This document shows positions 8,778 to 17,559 of a stretch of 64,000 nt of DNA, in pieces; the first letter of the stretch is position 1; each line of letters opens with the position of its first letter. The notes under the pieces were generated by a model. It ran no database searches and was not told the DNA's origin. It saw nothing but the letters and a program-made list of their open reading frames with translations. The position numbers and the translations under genes are program-made. This DNA comes from Clostridia bacterium (GTDB taxonomy: Bacteria; Bacillota; Clostridia; CAKSNL01; HGM11501), in the NCBI GenBank assembly GCA_045545475.1, contig JAZQAZ010000031.1, positions 1 to 64,000 on the forward strand. Direction: 5' to 3'.

Positions 8778-9248
8778 GTGGAAAGAATACTTGTAATATC
8801 CGACACTCACGGAAGAATTGACAATGCGGTGCGATTGATGGAAAATGTGCCGTTTGACAAAATCATTCATCTGGGAGATAATGTTAAAGATGCTTTGAGC
8901 CTCGGGCGGGCCTTTCCCGAAGCCGAACTTATATATGTAAGGGGAAATAATGATCCTTTCGGAACGGAAAACGAAAAAATTATAGAAATCGGAGATGTTA
9001 AAATATTGGCATGTCACGGACATACCTATTCTGTATCAACAGATCTTTTAAGGATAAGTCTTGCGGCCGTGGAAAAAGGTGCGAAAGTAGCACTTTTCGG
9101 ACACACCCACAGAAAAGAGGATACCGATTACAACGGGGTACGCCTTTTTAATCCCGGAAGTGCATCGCTTCCCAGAGACCGGAAGGCCTCCTGCGGTATA
9201 ATAGAAGCGGATGACACCTATTTCGGAATGGCACATTATGAATTTTAG
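8778..9248 (+). CDS. Metallophosphoesterase, YfcE/YsnB family
   Basis: ISDTHG, IHLGD, VRGNND, ACHGH, LFGHTH, NPGS; GTG start 8778 after GGAGG. Confidence 0.9.
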   Translation: MERILVISDTHGRIDNAVRLMENVPFDKIIHLGDNVKDALSLGRAFPEAELIYVRGNNDPFGTENEKIIEIGDVKILACHGHTYSVSTDLLRISLAAVEKGAKVALFGHTHRKEDTDYNGVRLFNPGSASLPRDRKASCGIIEADDTYFGMAHYEF

Positions 9249-9267
9249 ATAAATTAAAGGAGTGGAC

Positions 9268-9438
9268 ATGATGAATAAAAAAATCTCATTTCTTATTATA
9301 CTTGCACTTATAATATTATACTCTGCCGTAAGCTATACTTCCCTTCCGTTTAAGGGTATAATAAGTCTTCTGATAATATTGGGAATTGCTGTAGTGGTGG
9401 CAAAAACTCTTAAGAAGGATAAAAACAAGGAGGAATAA
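9268..9438 (+). CDS. 56-aa two-helix membrane protein (not in ORF track)
   Basis: AAAGGAG RBS; MMNKKISFLIILALIILYSAVSYTSLPFKGIISLLIILGIAVVVAKTLKKDKNKEE fills the gap and ends 2 nt before the FHA gene. Confidence 0.75.
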   Translation: MMNKKISFLIILALIILYSAVSYTSLPFKGIISLLIILGIAVVVAKTLKKDKNKEE

Positions 9439-9440
9439 AA

Positions 9441-9893
9441 ATGTTTGGAATATTATCTAAAATCATTTCGGCGATTTTTGTCCTGCTTATTTATTATTTT
9501 ATCTTCATTATCGTCAAAATGATTTATTCCGACATCAATGTAATGAAGCGAAAAAAGGCGGGACTTCCTGAATATGAGGCATATCTTAAGCCGATAAACC
9601 AGCCAAACGGAGTACATTTCGACTTGGCAGAGCGATATCCTTTATACGGAAATGAAACCATAGGCCGAAGCAAGGAATGTGAAATTTTCATAGAGGATAA
9701 CTTTATGTCGCATCAGCACAGCAGAATATTCAAGGAGGATGACGGATTCTTTTTAGAGGATCTCGGAAGTACAAACGGAACATTCTTAAACGGAAACGAA
9801 GTTACTGATGAAGCAATGGAGCTTCTCGACGGAGATAAACTTTGCATAGGTCAGGTCGAATTCATGTTCTTAAGACCGGAGGCTAAATCATGA
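9441..9893 (+). CDS. Membrane-anchored FHA domain protein (FhaB-like)
   Basis: N-terminal TM; TIGRS, MSHQHSRI, LEDLGSTNGTFLNG. Confidence 0.9.
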   Translation: MFGILSKIISAIFVLLIYYFIFIIVKMIYSDINVMKRKKAGLPEYEAYLKPINQPNGVHFDLAERYPLYGNETIGRSKECEIFIEDNFMSHQHSRIFKEDDGFFLEDLGSTNGTFLNGNEVTDEAMELLDGDKLCIGQVEFMFLRPEAKS

Positions 9894-11131
9894 AGGGGAA
9901 GGTGTACAGACAAACGACACCTTTGATTCTTTTGTGCTTCATGAATGTTTTGGGTTTTCTCATGCTGGCATTTATGAGGGACAATTTTTTCGAAGGAATA
10001 AAAACTCTTACCACAGGAGTTATTTTTGTGGCACTTATGGTTGTTTGCTATTGCCTTATAAAGCTTCTTAAAATGGGGGACCCTTATCTTCTGCTTCCGG
10101 TAACGGCACTTTTATCTGTGGGACTTTTAATGCTCACCAGAATAAATGAGTCTGTGGGAAAAAGGCAGATGATGTGGTTTTTTATTTCAGTTGCTGTTTA
10201 TTTTATATCATTTTTCCTTTATAAGGGTATAAAAAACAGGGACAGGCTTTTTCTGCTTTATGCAATAGTATCAATAGGACTTTTTGTTGCAACCATTGTT
10301 TTCGGAAGAACGGTAAACGGAGCTAAAAACTGGATTTATATAGGCTCTCAGGGCGTACAGCCATCAGAATTTATAAGAATACTTTTTGTTTTTGCCGTGT
10401 CATCCCTGTTATCGAAAAAGCCGGGCGGTAAAATTATGGCGACCGAATGGAAAAAAAGCTTGTTTATTATGTTTTATGTTTATATAAACCTTGGCTTTTT
10501 GGTGCTTCAGAGGGAATGGGGAATTGCCGTTTTGTTTTTCCTTATTTATTTTTCACTTTATTTTGTATTCGGAAAGCACAAAATTTTGCTTGTTGCAAAT
10601 TCTATAGTTGTGGCACTGGGTTGCTTTGCAGGCTATAAGCTTCTTTATCATATAGAAACCCGTGTTGCAATGTGGCTTAATCCTTTTTCCGACCCTTCGG
10701 GAAGAGGGTACCAGATAGTACAGTCTTTAATTGCCATAGCCTCCGGAGGATTTACCGGGCAAGGCCTGGGAAACGGAAGCCCCTATTATGTCCCGCTGGT
10801 TGAGTCGGACTTCATCTTTTCGGGAATATGCGAAGAATTCGGAATCCTTGGGGGAATCGGGGTTATCCTTTTGTATTTCATAATGGTTTACAGGGCCTTT
10901 AAGATATCCCTTTCCGTGCCCGATGGGTTTGATAAAAAGGTGGCCCTCGGCCTGTCTGCCATGTTTTCGTTTCAGATTTTCATAATCTTAGGTGGCGTAA
11001 TAAAGCTTATTCCGCTTACGGGTATTACTCTTCCCTTTATAAGCTACGGCGGTTCATCATTGGTTACAAGCTTTATGGCATTGGGGATTTTGCAGGCAAT
11101 AAGCGTAAAGGAGGGGGACAGCATTGAATAA
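9890..11131 (+). CDS. rodA: FtsW/RodA/SpoVE (SEDS) peptidoglycan glycosyltransferase
   Basis: NGAKNWI, QPSEF, GYQIVQSLIAIASGG, ESDFIFS.I.EEFG, PLTGITLPFISYGGSS; FHA-SEDS-PBP synteny. Confidence 0.85.
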   Translation: MKGKVYRQTTPLILLCFMNVLGFLMLAFMRDNFFEGIKTLTTGVIFVALMVVCYCLIKLLKMGDPYLLLPVTALLSVGLLMLTRINESVGKRQMMWFFISVAVYFISFFLYKGIKNRDRLFLLYAIVSIGLFVATIVFGRTVNGAKNWIYIGSQGVQPSEFIRILFVFAVSSLLSKKPGGKIMATEWKKSLFIMFYVYINLGFLVLQREWGIAVLFFLIYFSLYFVFGKHKILLVANSIVVALGCFAGYKLLYHIETRVAMWLNPFSDPSGRGYQIVQSLIAIASGGFTGQGLGNGSPYYVPLVESDFIFSGICEEFGILGGIGVILLYFIMVYRAFKISLSVPDGFDKKVALGLSAMFSFQIFIILGGVIKLIPLTGITLPFISYGGSSLVTSFMALGILQAISVKEGDSIE

Positions 11132-12512
11132 AAGAATAATTATGCTAATGACTTTTGTGGGCGTGCTTTTCATGTTTATGGCGGTCTACCTCTCCCTTTT
11201 TGGTGCATTTAAATCGGAAGAGCTTAAGAAAAGTGTATACAATCAGCGACTTTATGACAGAGAAAGTAAAATAGAAAGAGGAACCATATACGACAGAAAC
11301 GGTGTTGTTCTGGCACATACCGACCTTTCTGAAGGCAGCGAGAGAATATATCCTTACGGCGATTTGTATACTCACGTTATAGGATACAACTCCAAGATGT
11401 ACGGAAAAAGCAAGATAGAGCTTTCATTTAATGAGTATTTGTCGGGAGAGGGTGCCATGGGAACGGCAATGAATATTGCATCCGAAGCCTTTGGAGAAGA
11501 AAAAAAGGGAATGGACTTAACCCTGACAATAGACCATAAGCTTCAGAAATATTCTTCGGATGTTCTGGGTAATAAGAAAGGCTGCATAATTGTTATGGAC
11601 GCCGCTTCCGGCAAAATCCGTGCCATGGTTTCAAAACCAACTTTTAATCCGTCAGAGCCGCTTTTATCCGAGGAATGGGGCACTCTGACAGAAAGAGAAG
11701 ATTCTCCTTTTCTTGCCCGTGCAACAGGCGGACTTTACGCTCCGGGGTCCACATGGAAAATATTAAGCTCTGTATCTGTAATAAGAAGCGGTCTTGAAGA
11801 GGAAATCGTTAATGACGAAGGTAAAATAATAGTTGGCGGAAGAGAATATACAAATTCTAAAGAAAAGGCCTATGGAGAAATTACGCTTACGGAGGCATTT
11901 TATAATTCCAGCAACGTGTATTTTGCTAAAATGGGCAGCGAAATTGGGAAAAGCGGACTTTCGGTTTATGATGATTTCCTTCTTGGAAAAGATATAAACA
12001 CCGATATGGTGATTGCAGGCAGTACCCTTTCCGATAAAATATCCAAAATGAGTGATGCAGATATTGCATCCACTTCCATCGGGCAGGGAAAACTTCAGGT
12101 AACTCCTCTATACATGACAATGGTTGCATCAAGCGTGGCAAACGGCGGAAAAATGGTAAAGCCGTATATTGTGGAAAAAGCGGGAAGAGGAAACTTTACG
12201 GCATATGAGGCTAAAGATGAAGTGTTGACAAAGCCGTTAACGGAAGCCGAGGCGGAAAAAATTAAGGAAATGATGGCACTTTGCGTTAATAAAGGAACGG
12301 GAAGAAGTGCGGCAATTTCAGGACTTGATGTTTACGGAAAGACAGGAACGGCTCAAAATGAAACAGATAAGAGCCATGACTGGTTTGTTGGCTTTGCGGA
12401 AAATGATGAGGGAGAAAAATCAGTCATCTGCGTAATGCTTGAATATAACGGAGTGGGAAGCTCGGAGGCGGCGGCCATGGCAGGAAGAGTTTTTTCCTAC
12501 TGGCTTGGATAA
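11124..12512 (+). CDS. Class B penicillin-binding transpeptidase (PbpA-like)
   Basis: RGTIYDRNG, PGSTWK (SxxK), SSN (SxN), GKTGTA (KTG). Confidence 0.9.
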   Translation: MNKRIIMLMTFVGVLFMFMAVYLSLFGAFKSEELKKSVYNQRLYDRESKIERGTIYDRNGVVLAHTDLSEGSERIYPYGDLYTHVIGYNSKMYGKSKIELSFNEYLSGEGAMGTAMNIASEAFGEEKKGMDLTLTIDHKLQKYSSDVLGNKKGCIIVMDAASGKIRAMVSKPTFNPSEPLLSEEWGTLTEREDSPFLARATGGLYAPGSTWKILSSVSVIRSGLEEEIVNDEGKIIVGGREYTNSKEKAYGEITLTEAFYNSSNVYFAKMGSEIGKSGLSVYDDFLLGKDINTDMVIAGSTLSDKISKMSDADIASTSIGQGKLQVTPLYMTMVASSVANGGKMVKPYIVEKAGRGNFTAYEAKDEVLTKPLTEAEAEKIKEMMALCVNKGTGRSAAISGLDVYGKTGTAQNETDKSHDWFVGFAENDEGEKSVICVMLEYNGVGSSEAAAMAGRVFSYWLG

Positions 12513-12516
12513 AATT

Positions 12517-12551
12517 AAAAGTTGCGATTGGTTTTGCCAATCGCAACTTTT
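12517..12551. terminator. Bidirectional terminator
   Basis: AAAAGTTGCGATTGG-TTTTG-CCAATCGCAACTTTT. Confidence 0.85.
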
Positions 12552-14216
12552 TTACTCTGTTATTACGTTTTTACATTCTCTGAGGATTATGCCTGTTTCC
12601 CCCAGCTGTCTTAAAGTGGTATCTTCGGTTTTGACAAATTTGTTGTTTCTGAAAATTACATTTTCGCAGGATAAAAGGGACATATAACGCTTATCGTTTT
12701 CGCTGAAGGTGTTTCCTTCAATTACAATATTTTTGTGGTATGGAGCATCGTGCTTTTTAATCTGCGGGTCCGATATGATAACAGGCCCGCCGCAGTATGC
12801 GGCCTTTGAAAAGTCGTTGTTTCTTATTGTTACATCCGATACGGGACCACTTTCATACCAGCTGTTGGCGTCACCCGCCATATCAATGGCACTGCCCATG
12901 TTGTAGAAGGTGCAGTTTTCGATTAACGCTTCCCTGCTTGTGGCTATTAAAAAGCCTCTCGGTCTGTTAAAGCCGCAGCGGCAGTTTTCGATATGTACCT
13001 TTGGCATACGGCTGTGATTTTCAAACACGTTGCCTTCTTTCATATCAGGTGAAAGGGACTCATTTGTTTCAAGAATAAAATATTTTTCCGAAATTGTTCT
13101 GGAGGATTTAACTGTGTATTCGGCATAGGGCAGTAAACTTTCATTGTCACAAAGGCGGATATTGTCCCCTTTTTTAAATACGTTAATTCCGGCCTGCTGG
13201 AAGTGCCCGAAGGCGAGGAGTACGGAATTTTCAGAAAGCTTCTTAACTACGGGAGCGTAAATTCCGTGGATGTTGGCAGAGTCGTCCATCATGCTTTCAA
13301 AGCGACAGTTTTTGATATGGAGGAGGCCCGAGCAATTTACAAAGTGAGTGGCATCAGCATCGACGGAGAGCATCCTGCCTTCGCCCGGAAGTGCCTGTAC
13401 GTTATCTAAGGTGATGTTTTCTGACAAGCTTGCGATAATTCCCATTGAAAGAGTGTGCGTAAGAAGGATGTTACAGAGTGTTACATCTTTGCATTCGGTA
13501 ACGTAAATGCCGGGATACTTTCTGTCATTGTGGGTGCAAAGCCAGTAGCGTCCCACCTTGTGGTGATATTTGAAGTCGCCTTCAAGACGAAGCACATTTT
13601 TATCCGGTTTTGATGCCGTTAAGTAGCGGTGTAAAAATGCCATAAAGGTTTTGTCGGGAACACCTGAAACATTTGCAAAATAGGTGGGAGTGCCAAGGGC
13701 AGGCCCTTTTATCTCGGGGTCAAATTCATTTACAAGGAACTTATTTGCCACATTTTCCCATCCGTCTCCGTAAAAGCGGAGAGCGTTTTCGGCTATGTCA
13801 ACGTGGAAAATGTCATCGTCATATTGAAGATTTATAAAGTCTTCCCCGGCATCTATGATTTTCGCCTCAAAATACATTGGCTCAGAATAGTCGATAGAAA
13901 GATTTTTTACACTGACATTTGTGCAGTTATCAATTACAAAAGGAGACATTCTGCCGTGGAAAATAAGAGAAGCACCTTCGCCGTCAATTGTTACATTGTT
14001 CAAATTTTTAAGAAGAAAGGCGATAGGCTTTCTGCTCCAGTCATTATTGGGAACAAAGTATTCTGCACTTTCTGCAAAATCGGGATAAAAATGCAGCGTT
14101 CCTCCGCCAAGATGCAGCGTGTCTCCGTCATTAAGTGAGGATACTGCATTAAGAACAGATAAGGTCATATCATCTTTTTCTGTGGAAATAAGGAAATCTT
14201 TCAAGAAAATATTCAT
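12552..14216 (-). CDS. Right-handed beta-helix glycoside hydrolase, GH110 (alpha-galactosidase)-like
   Basis: TIDGEGASLIFHG, DADATHF, MMDDSANIHG, NRPRG, WYESGPVSDVTIRNN. Confidence 0.75.
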   Translation of the reverse strand: MNIFLKDFLISTEKDDMTLSVLNAVSSLNDGDTLHLGGGTLHFYPDFAESAEYFVPNNDWSRKPIAFLLKNLNNVTIDGEGASLIFHGRMSPFVIDNCTNVSVKNLSIDYSEPMYFEAKIIDAGEDFINLQYDDDIFHVDIAENALRFYGDGWENVANKFLVNEFDPEIKGPALGTPTYFANVSGVPDKTFMAFLHRYLTASKPDKNVLRLEGDFKYHHKVGRYWLCTHNDRKYPGIYVTECKDVTLCNILLTHTLSMGIIASLSENITLDNVQALPGEGRMLSVDADATHFVNCSGLLHIKNCRFESMMDDSANIHGIYAPVVKKLSENSVLLAFGHFQQAGINVFKKGDNIRLCDNESLLPYAEYTVKSSRTISEKYFILETNESLSPDMKEGNVFENHSRMPKVHIENCRCGFNRPRGFLIATSREALIENCTFYNMGSAIDMAGDANSWYESGPVSDVTIRNNDFSKAAYCGGPVIISDPQIKKHDAPYHKNIVIEGNTFSENDKRYMSLLSCENVIFRNNKFVKTEDTTLRQLGETGIILRECKNVITE

Positions 14217-14321
14217 GGTGGTACTCCTTTTGCGGTATTTCGTATGAAAATATATTACAACAAAAATTAAATAAAAACAACAGTTTTTTGAATTTTTTGA
14301 AATTTAAGGAATAAATTATGT

Positions 14322-14349
14322 TTGACTTAATAAATATATGTGGTATAAT
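14322..14349 (+). promoter_or_regulatory. sigma-A promoter of rnj
   Basis: TTGACT-N16-TATAAT with TG extended -10. Confidence 0.55.
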
Positions 14350-14395
14350 AATATATGGATTTGGTGTTCGGAAATATTAAAACGGAGGTGAAAAA

Positions 14396-16087
14396 GTGGC
14401 AAAAAAGCAAAAACTGAAGATTATTCCTCTGGGCGGCATGAATGAAATCGGTAAAAATCTCACCGTGTTTGAATACGGTGATGAAATAGTCGTTCTGGAC
14501 TGCGGAATGACTTTCCCCGACGAGGAAATGCTGGGAGTAGATTTGGTTATTCCCGACATGTCATATCTTGTCAATAACAGAGACAAGATTAAGGCTGTTC
14601 TTCTTACACACGGGCATGAAGACCATATAGGCGGTCTTCCTTATTTTTTGAGAGCTATGAGCAATGTTCCTATCTTCGGAAGTCGTATGACAATAGGGCT
14701 TGTGGAGCATAAGCTGAAGGAACACGGCATACTCTCAATTGCAAAACTGAATTCGGTAAAAGCGGGTGATTCCATAAAGCTCGGAAACAATTTCAGAGCT
14801 GAATTTATAAGGGTAAATCACTCCATTGCCGACTCTTTCGGTATTGCATTATATACTCCTGCAGGGGTAGTTGTGCATACGGGCGACTTTAAGATTGATA
14901 CCACACCCATCGACGGGGAAATGATTGATCTTGCACGCTTTGGTGCTCTGGGTGATTCCGGAGTACTGGCACTTCTTAGTGATTCCACCAATGTGGAGCG
15001 TCAGGGTTATACCATGTCCGAGCGTACGGTCGGACAGAAATTTGATGAGATTTTTGCATCTCACCCGAAGCAGAGAATAATCGTAGCGACGTTTGCATCC
15101 AATGTACACAGAGTACAGCAGATAATAGACGCCGCAATAAAAACAAGAAGAAAGGTGGCAATCTCAGGCCGAAGCATGCAAAATGTGGTGGAGGTTGCAA
15201 TCGAACACGGCTATATGCGTGTTCCTCAGGGTCTTATCATAAACATTGAGGACGTGCATAAGTACAAAAACCATCAGCTTGTAATAATAACGACAGGTAG
15301 TCAGGGCGAGCCTATGAGTGCTCTTACAAGAATGGCATTTTCTGACCATAAACAAGTGGAAATCGGTAACGGCGACTTAGTAATTATTTCAGCATCACCA
15401 ATTCCGGGCAACGAAAAAACGGTTTCCAAGGTTATAAATGAGCTTTTCAAAAAGGGTGCAGAGGTTATCTATAAGGCTTTAGCAGAGGTTCATGTATCTG
15501 GCCATGCCTGCCAGGAGGAACTTAAAATCATACTTGGCCTTGTAAGACCTAAGTATTTCATTCCTGCTCACGGTGAATACCGCCATCTTGCAACCAGTGC
15601 AAAGCTTGGCATAGCGTCGGGAGTAAAGGAGAAAAACACCTTTATAATGGGACTTGGCGATGTGCTTGAATTGAATCGTGAAAGTGCGGCAATCACAGGC
15701 ACTGTTACGGCAGGTGCACTGTTGATAGACGGCTATGGCGTGGGAGATGTAGGTAATGTTGTACTAAGGGACAGAAAGCATCTTTCTGAAGACGGCATTA
15801 TAGTTGTGGTTATGACCCTTGATAAACGAGGAAGAATAATCGCAGGCCCCGAGGTTGTATCCCGAGGATTTGTATATGTAAAGGAATCCGAGGAGCTTAT
15901 GGAGGGTATAAGAGCCGTTGCAACCTATGCTGTGGAAGAAACAGTCAGAAAGAACAAAAAGGTGGCAATCGACTGGATTGCAATAAAAAATGCGGTTAAG
16001 GGAGAAATTACAGACTTCCTTCACGAGGCAACCAAGCGTAAGCCCATGATTCTTCCGATTATTATGGAAGAGGGAAAAAATAAGTGA
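14396..16087 (+). CDS. rnj: Ribonuclease J
   Basis: PLGGMNEIGKN, THGHEDHIG, HTGDFK, GSQGEPMSAL, HVSGHA, HGEYRH. Confidence 0.97.
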   Translation: MAKKQKLKIIPLGGMNEIGKNLTVFEYGDEIVVLDCGMTFPDEEMLGVDLVIPDMSYLVNNRDKIKAVLLTHGHEDHIGGLPYFLRAMSNVPIFGSRMTIGLVEHKLKEHGILSIAKLNSVKAGDSIKLGNNFRAEFIRVNHSIADSFGIALYTPAGVVVHTGDFKIDTTPIDGEMIDLARFGALGDSGVLALLSDSTNVERQGYTMSERTVGQKFDEIFASHPKQRIIVATFASNVHRVQQIIDAAIKTRRKVAISGRSMQNVVEVAIEHGYMRVPQGLIINIEDVHKYKNHQLVIITTGSQGEPMSALTRMAFSDHKQVEIGNGDLVIISASPIPGNEKTVSKVINELFKKGAEVIYKALAEVHVSGHACQEELKIILGLVRPKYFIPAHGEYRHLATSAKLGIASGVKEKNTFIMGLGDVLELNRESAAITGTVTAGALLIDGYGVGDVGNVVLRDRKHLSEDGIIVVVMTLDKRGRIIAGPEVVSRGFVYVKESEELMEGIRAVATYAVEETVRKNKKVAIDWIAIKNAVKGEITDFLHEATKRKPMILPIIMEEGKNK

Positions 16088-16121
16088 AAAACGGAGTGAT
16101 TATCACTCCGTTTTTTCACTT
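16082..16121. terminator. Bidirectional terminator
   Basis: AAAAACGGAGTGAT-T-ATCACTCCGTTTTT. Confidence 0.8.
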
Positions 16122-16125
16122 ATTG

Positions 16126-17547
16126 CTATCTTGTTATTGTGATTTCCTGGGTTTCGCCGTTCCAGGAAACATTATATCCTAAATGCTCCGAAATAAAGCG
16201 TACCGGGATAAAGGTGCGGTTGTCCTTTATTCTGGGAGCAGAACGGAGGCTGTAGCGTTCCTGACCTCTGCGGACGGTGGTTACATAAACATTTCTGTTT
16301 TGTATCTGAAGATAAATTTCTGTTGAGTCTTTCTTTATTGTAATTCCCTGAACTTCTCCGTCCCAGATGATTTCAGCATCCATCAGCTCCAAAAGGCCTC
16401 TTAAAGGGATAAAGGTGGTTCCGTTTTCTATGTAGGGTGCGGTATCCATCTTTACTTCGCCGTCATTATGGACTATTGTATCCGAACCTATTTTCAGAGT
16501 ATAGAAGCGGCTTTCTTCTTCTAATCTTTTAAGATAAGCGGGATAATCCTGCAAAAATTCAAGTTCTGCACAGCTTCCTAAGTTTCCGGTGCCTGTTTTG
16601 AGAGAAAACTTGAAGAACTGAGCCGTTACTTTTTCCTCGAAAAGATAGGTGCTGCCACTTAAGTTTTTGGGAAGGAAGCTTAAGTCTTCCTTGATAAGTG
16701 TGAAGTTCACGCCGTCATTACTTGCATAAATGCTGAAGTTTTCCCAATAACCGTCAAAGCGGTCTGTCTGTCTCGGATAGTAGGTAAATCCGGAAAGCTC
16801 GTAAGAGTTTCCGAGGTCAATTAATAAATCGTAAGGAGCTTTCATATAGGTTTCTGCCTGCCAGTAGGAGGAAACGGAATCGTCAACGATGTTCATAACC
16901 TCATGCCCCTGCCATATGTCGCCGTCATAGGAAGCGGTTGCTTTCTCCTTGTTTATGGGGTAGTAGGCATTTTCCTTCATTTCCTTAAGGAACTCGTCAA
17001 AGGGCCGTGCATTTTCGCCCTCTTTGGGTTTTATTATGTCAAAGTCACACATGGAGCCGTGACCGCCGAGTGCATCAATGTATTCAATTTTTACTTCCTG
17101 TGCCATAACTACGGAGCCAAATTCCTCACGGCGGATAAGTCCGTTTACCTTATAGTTGTATTCGGACACGAATTTGTATTCTCCGTCAACTTTTATATAA
17201 AAGTTCATTTTGGTGGGCTGACCTGCAGGAGTTTTATCCTGACGCATTGTCATAATAAATCCGGATATGGGAAGCTCTTCTCCGAAGTTTACTTCAAGTA
17301 CATGGGGAAGAGGAGCAATCCATGATACACGGCTGTTTTCCCAACCGTAATCTGTGTGCCAGTAAGTTCCGGGATAGCCGTCAATCATACGCTTTGCGGG
17401 CCAGTTTTCGTGCTCGGAAGATGCTACTACGCTCCAAAGCGTCTTATCTCTGTAGGTGTCGGCATATTCGGGTTCTTCGTAATATGCAAATACAGGGAGG
17501 AGAGGAATAAGTGCGAGTATCAATATAAGAACTGTTAACTTTTTCAT
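16126..17547 (-). CDS. Secreted protein with two F5/8 type C (discoidin/CBM32-like) domains and C-terminal copper-amine-oxidase-N-terminal (stalk) domain
   Basis: Signal peptide; MIDGYPGTYWHT and IVDDSVSSYWQ..LLIDLG; PYIENGTTFIPLR, RTFIPVRFISEHLGYNVSW. Confidence 0.8.
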   Translation of the reverse strand: MKKLTVLILILALIPLLPVFAYYEEPEYADTYRDKTLWSVVASSEHENWPAKRMIDGYPGTYWHTDYGWENSRVSWIAPLPHVLEVNFGEELPISGFIMTMRQDKTPAGQPTKMNFYIKVDGEYKFVSEYNYKVNGLIRREEFGSVVMAQEVKIEYIDALGGHGSMCDFDIIKPKEGENARPFDEFLKEMKENAYYPINKEKATASYDGDIWQGHEVMNIVDDSVSSYWQAETYMKAPYDLLIDLGNSYELSGFTYYPRQTDRFDGYWENFSIYASNDGVNFTLIKEDLSFLPKNLSGSTYLFEEKVTAQFFKFSLKTGTGNLGSCAELEFLQDYPAYLKRLEEESRFYTLKIGSDTIVHNDGEVKMDTAPYIENGTTFIPLRGLLELMDAEIIWDGEVQGITIKKDSTEIYLQIQNRNVYVTTVRRGQERYSLRSAPRIKDNRTFIPVRFISEHLGYNVSWNGETQEITITR

Positions 17548-17559
17548 TTTTCTGCCTCC

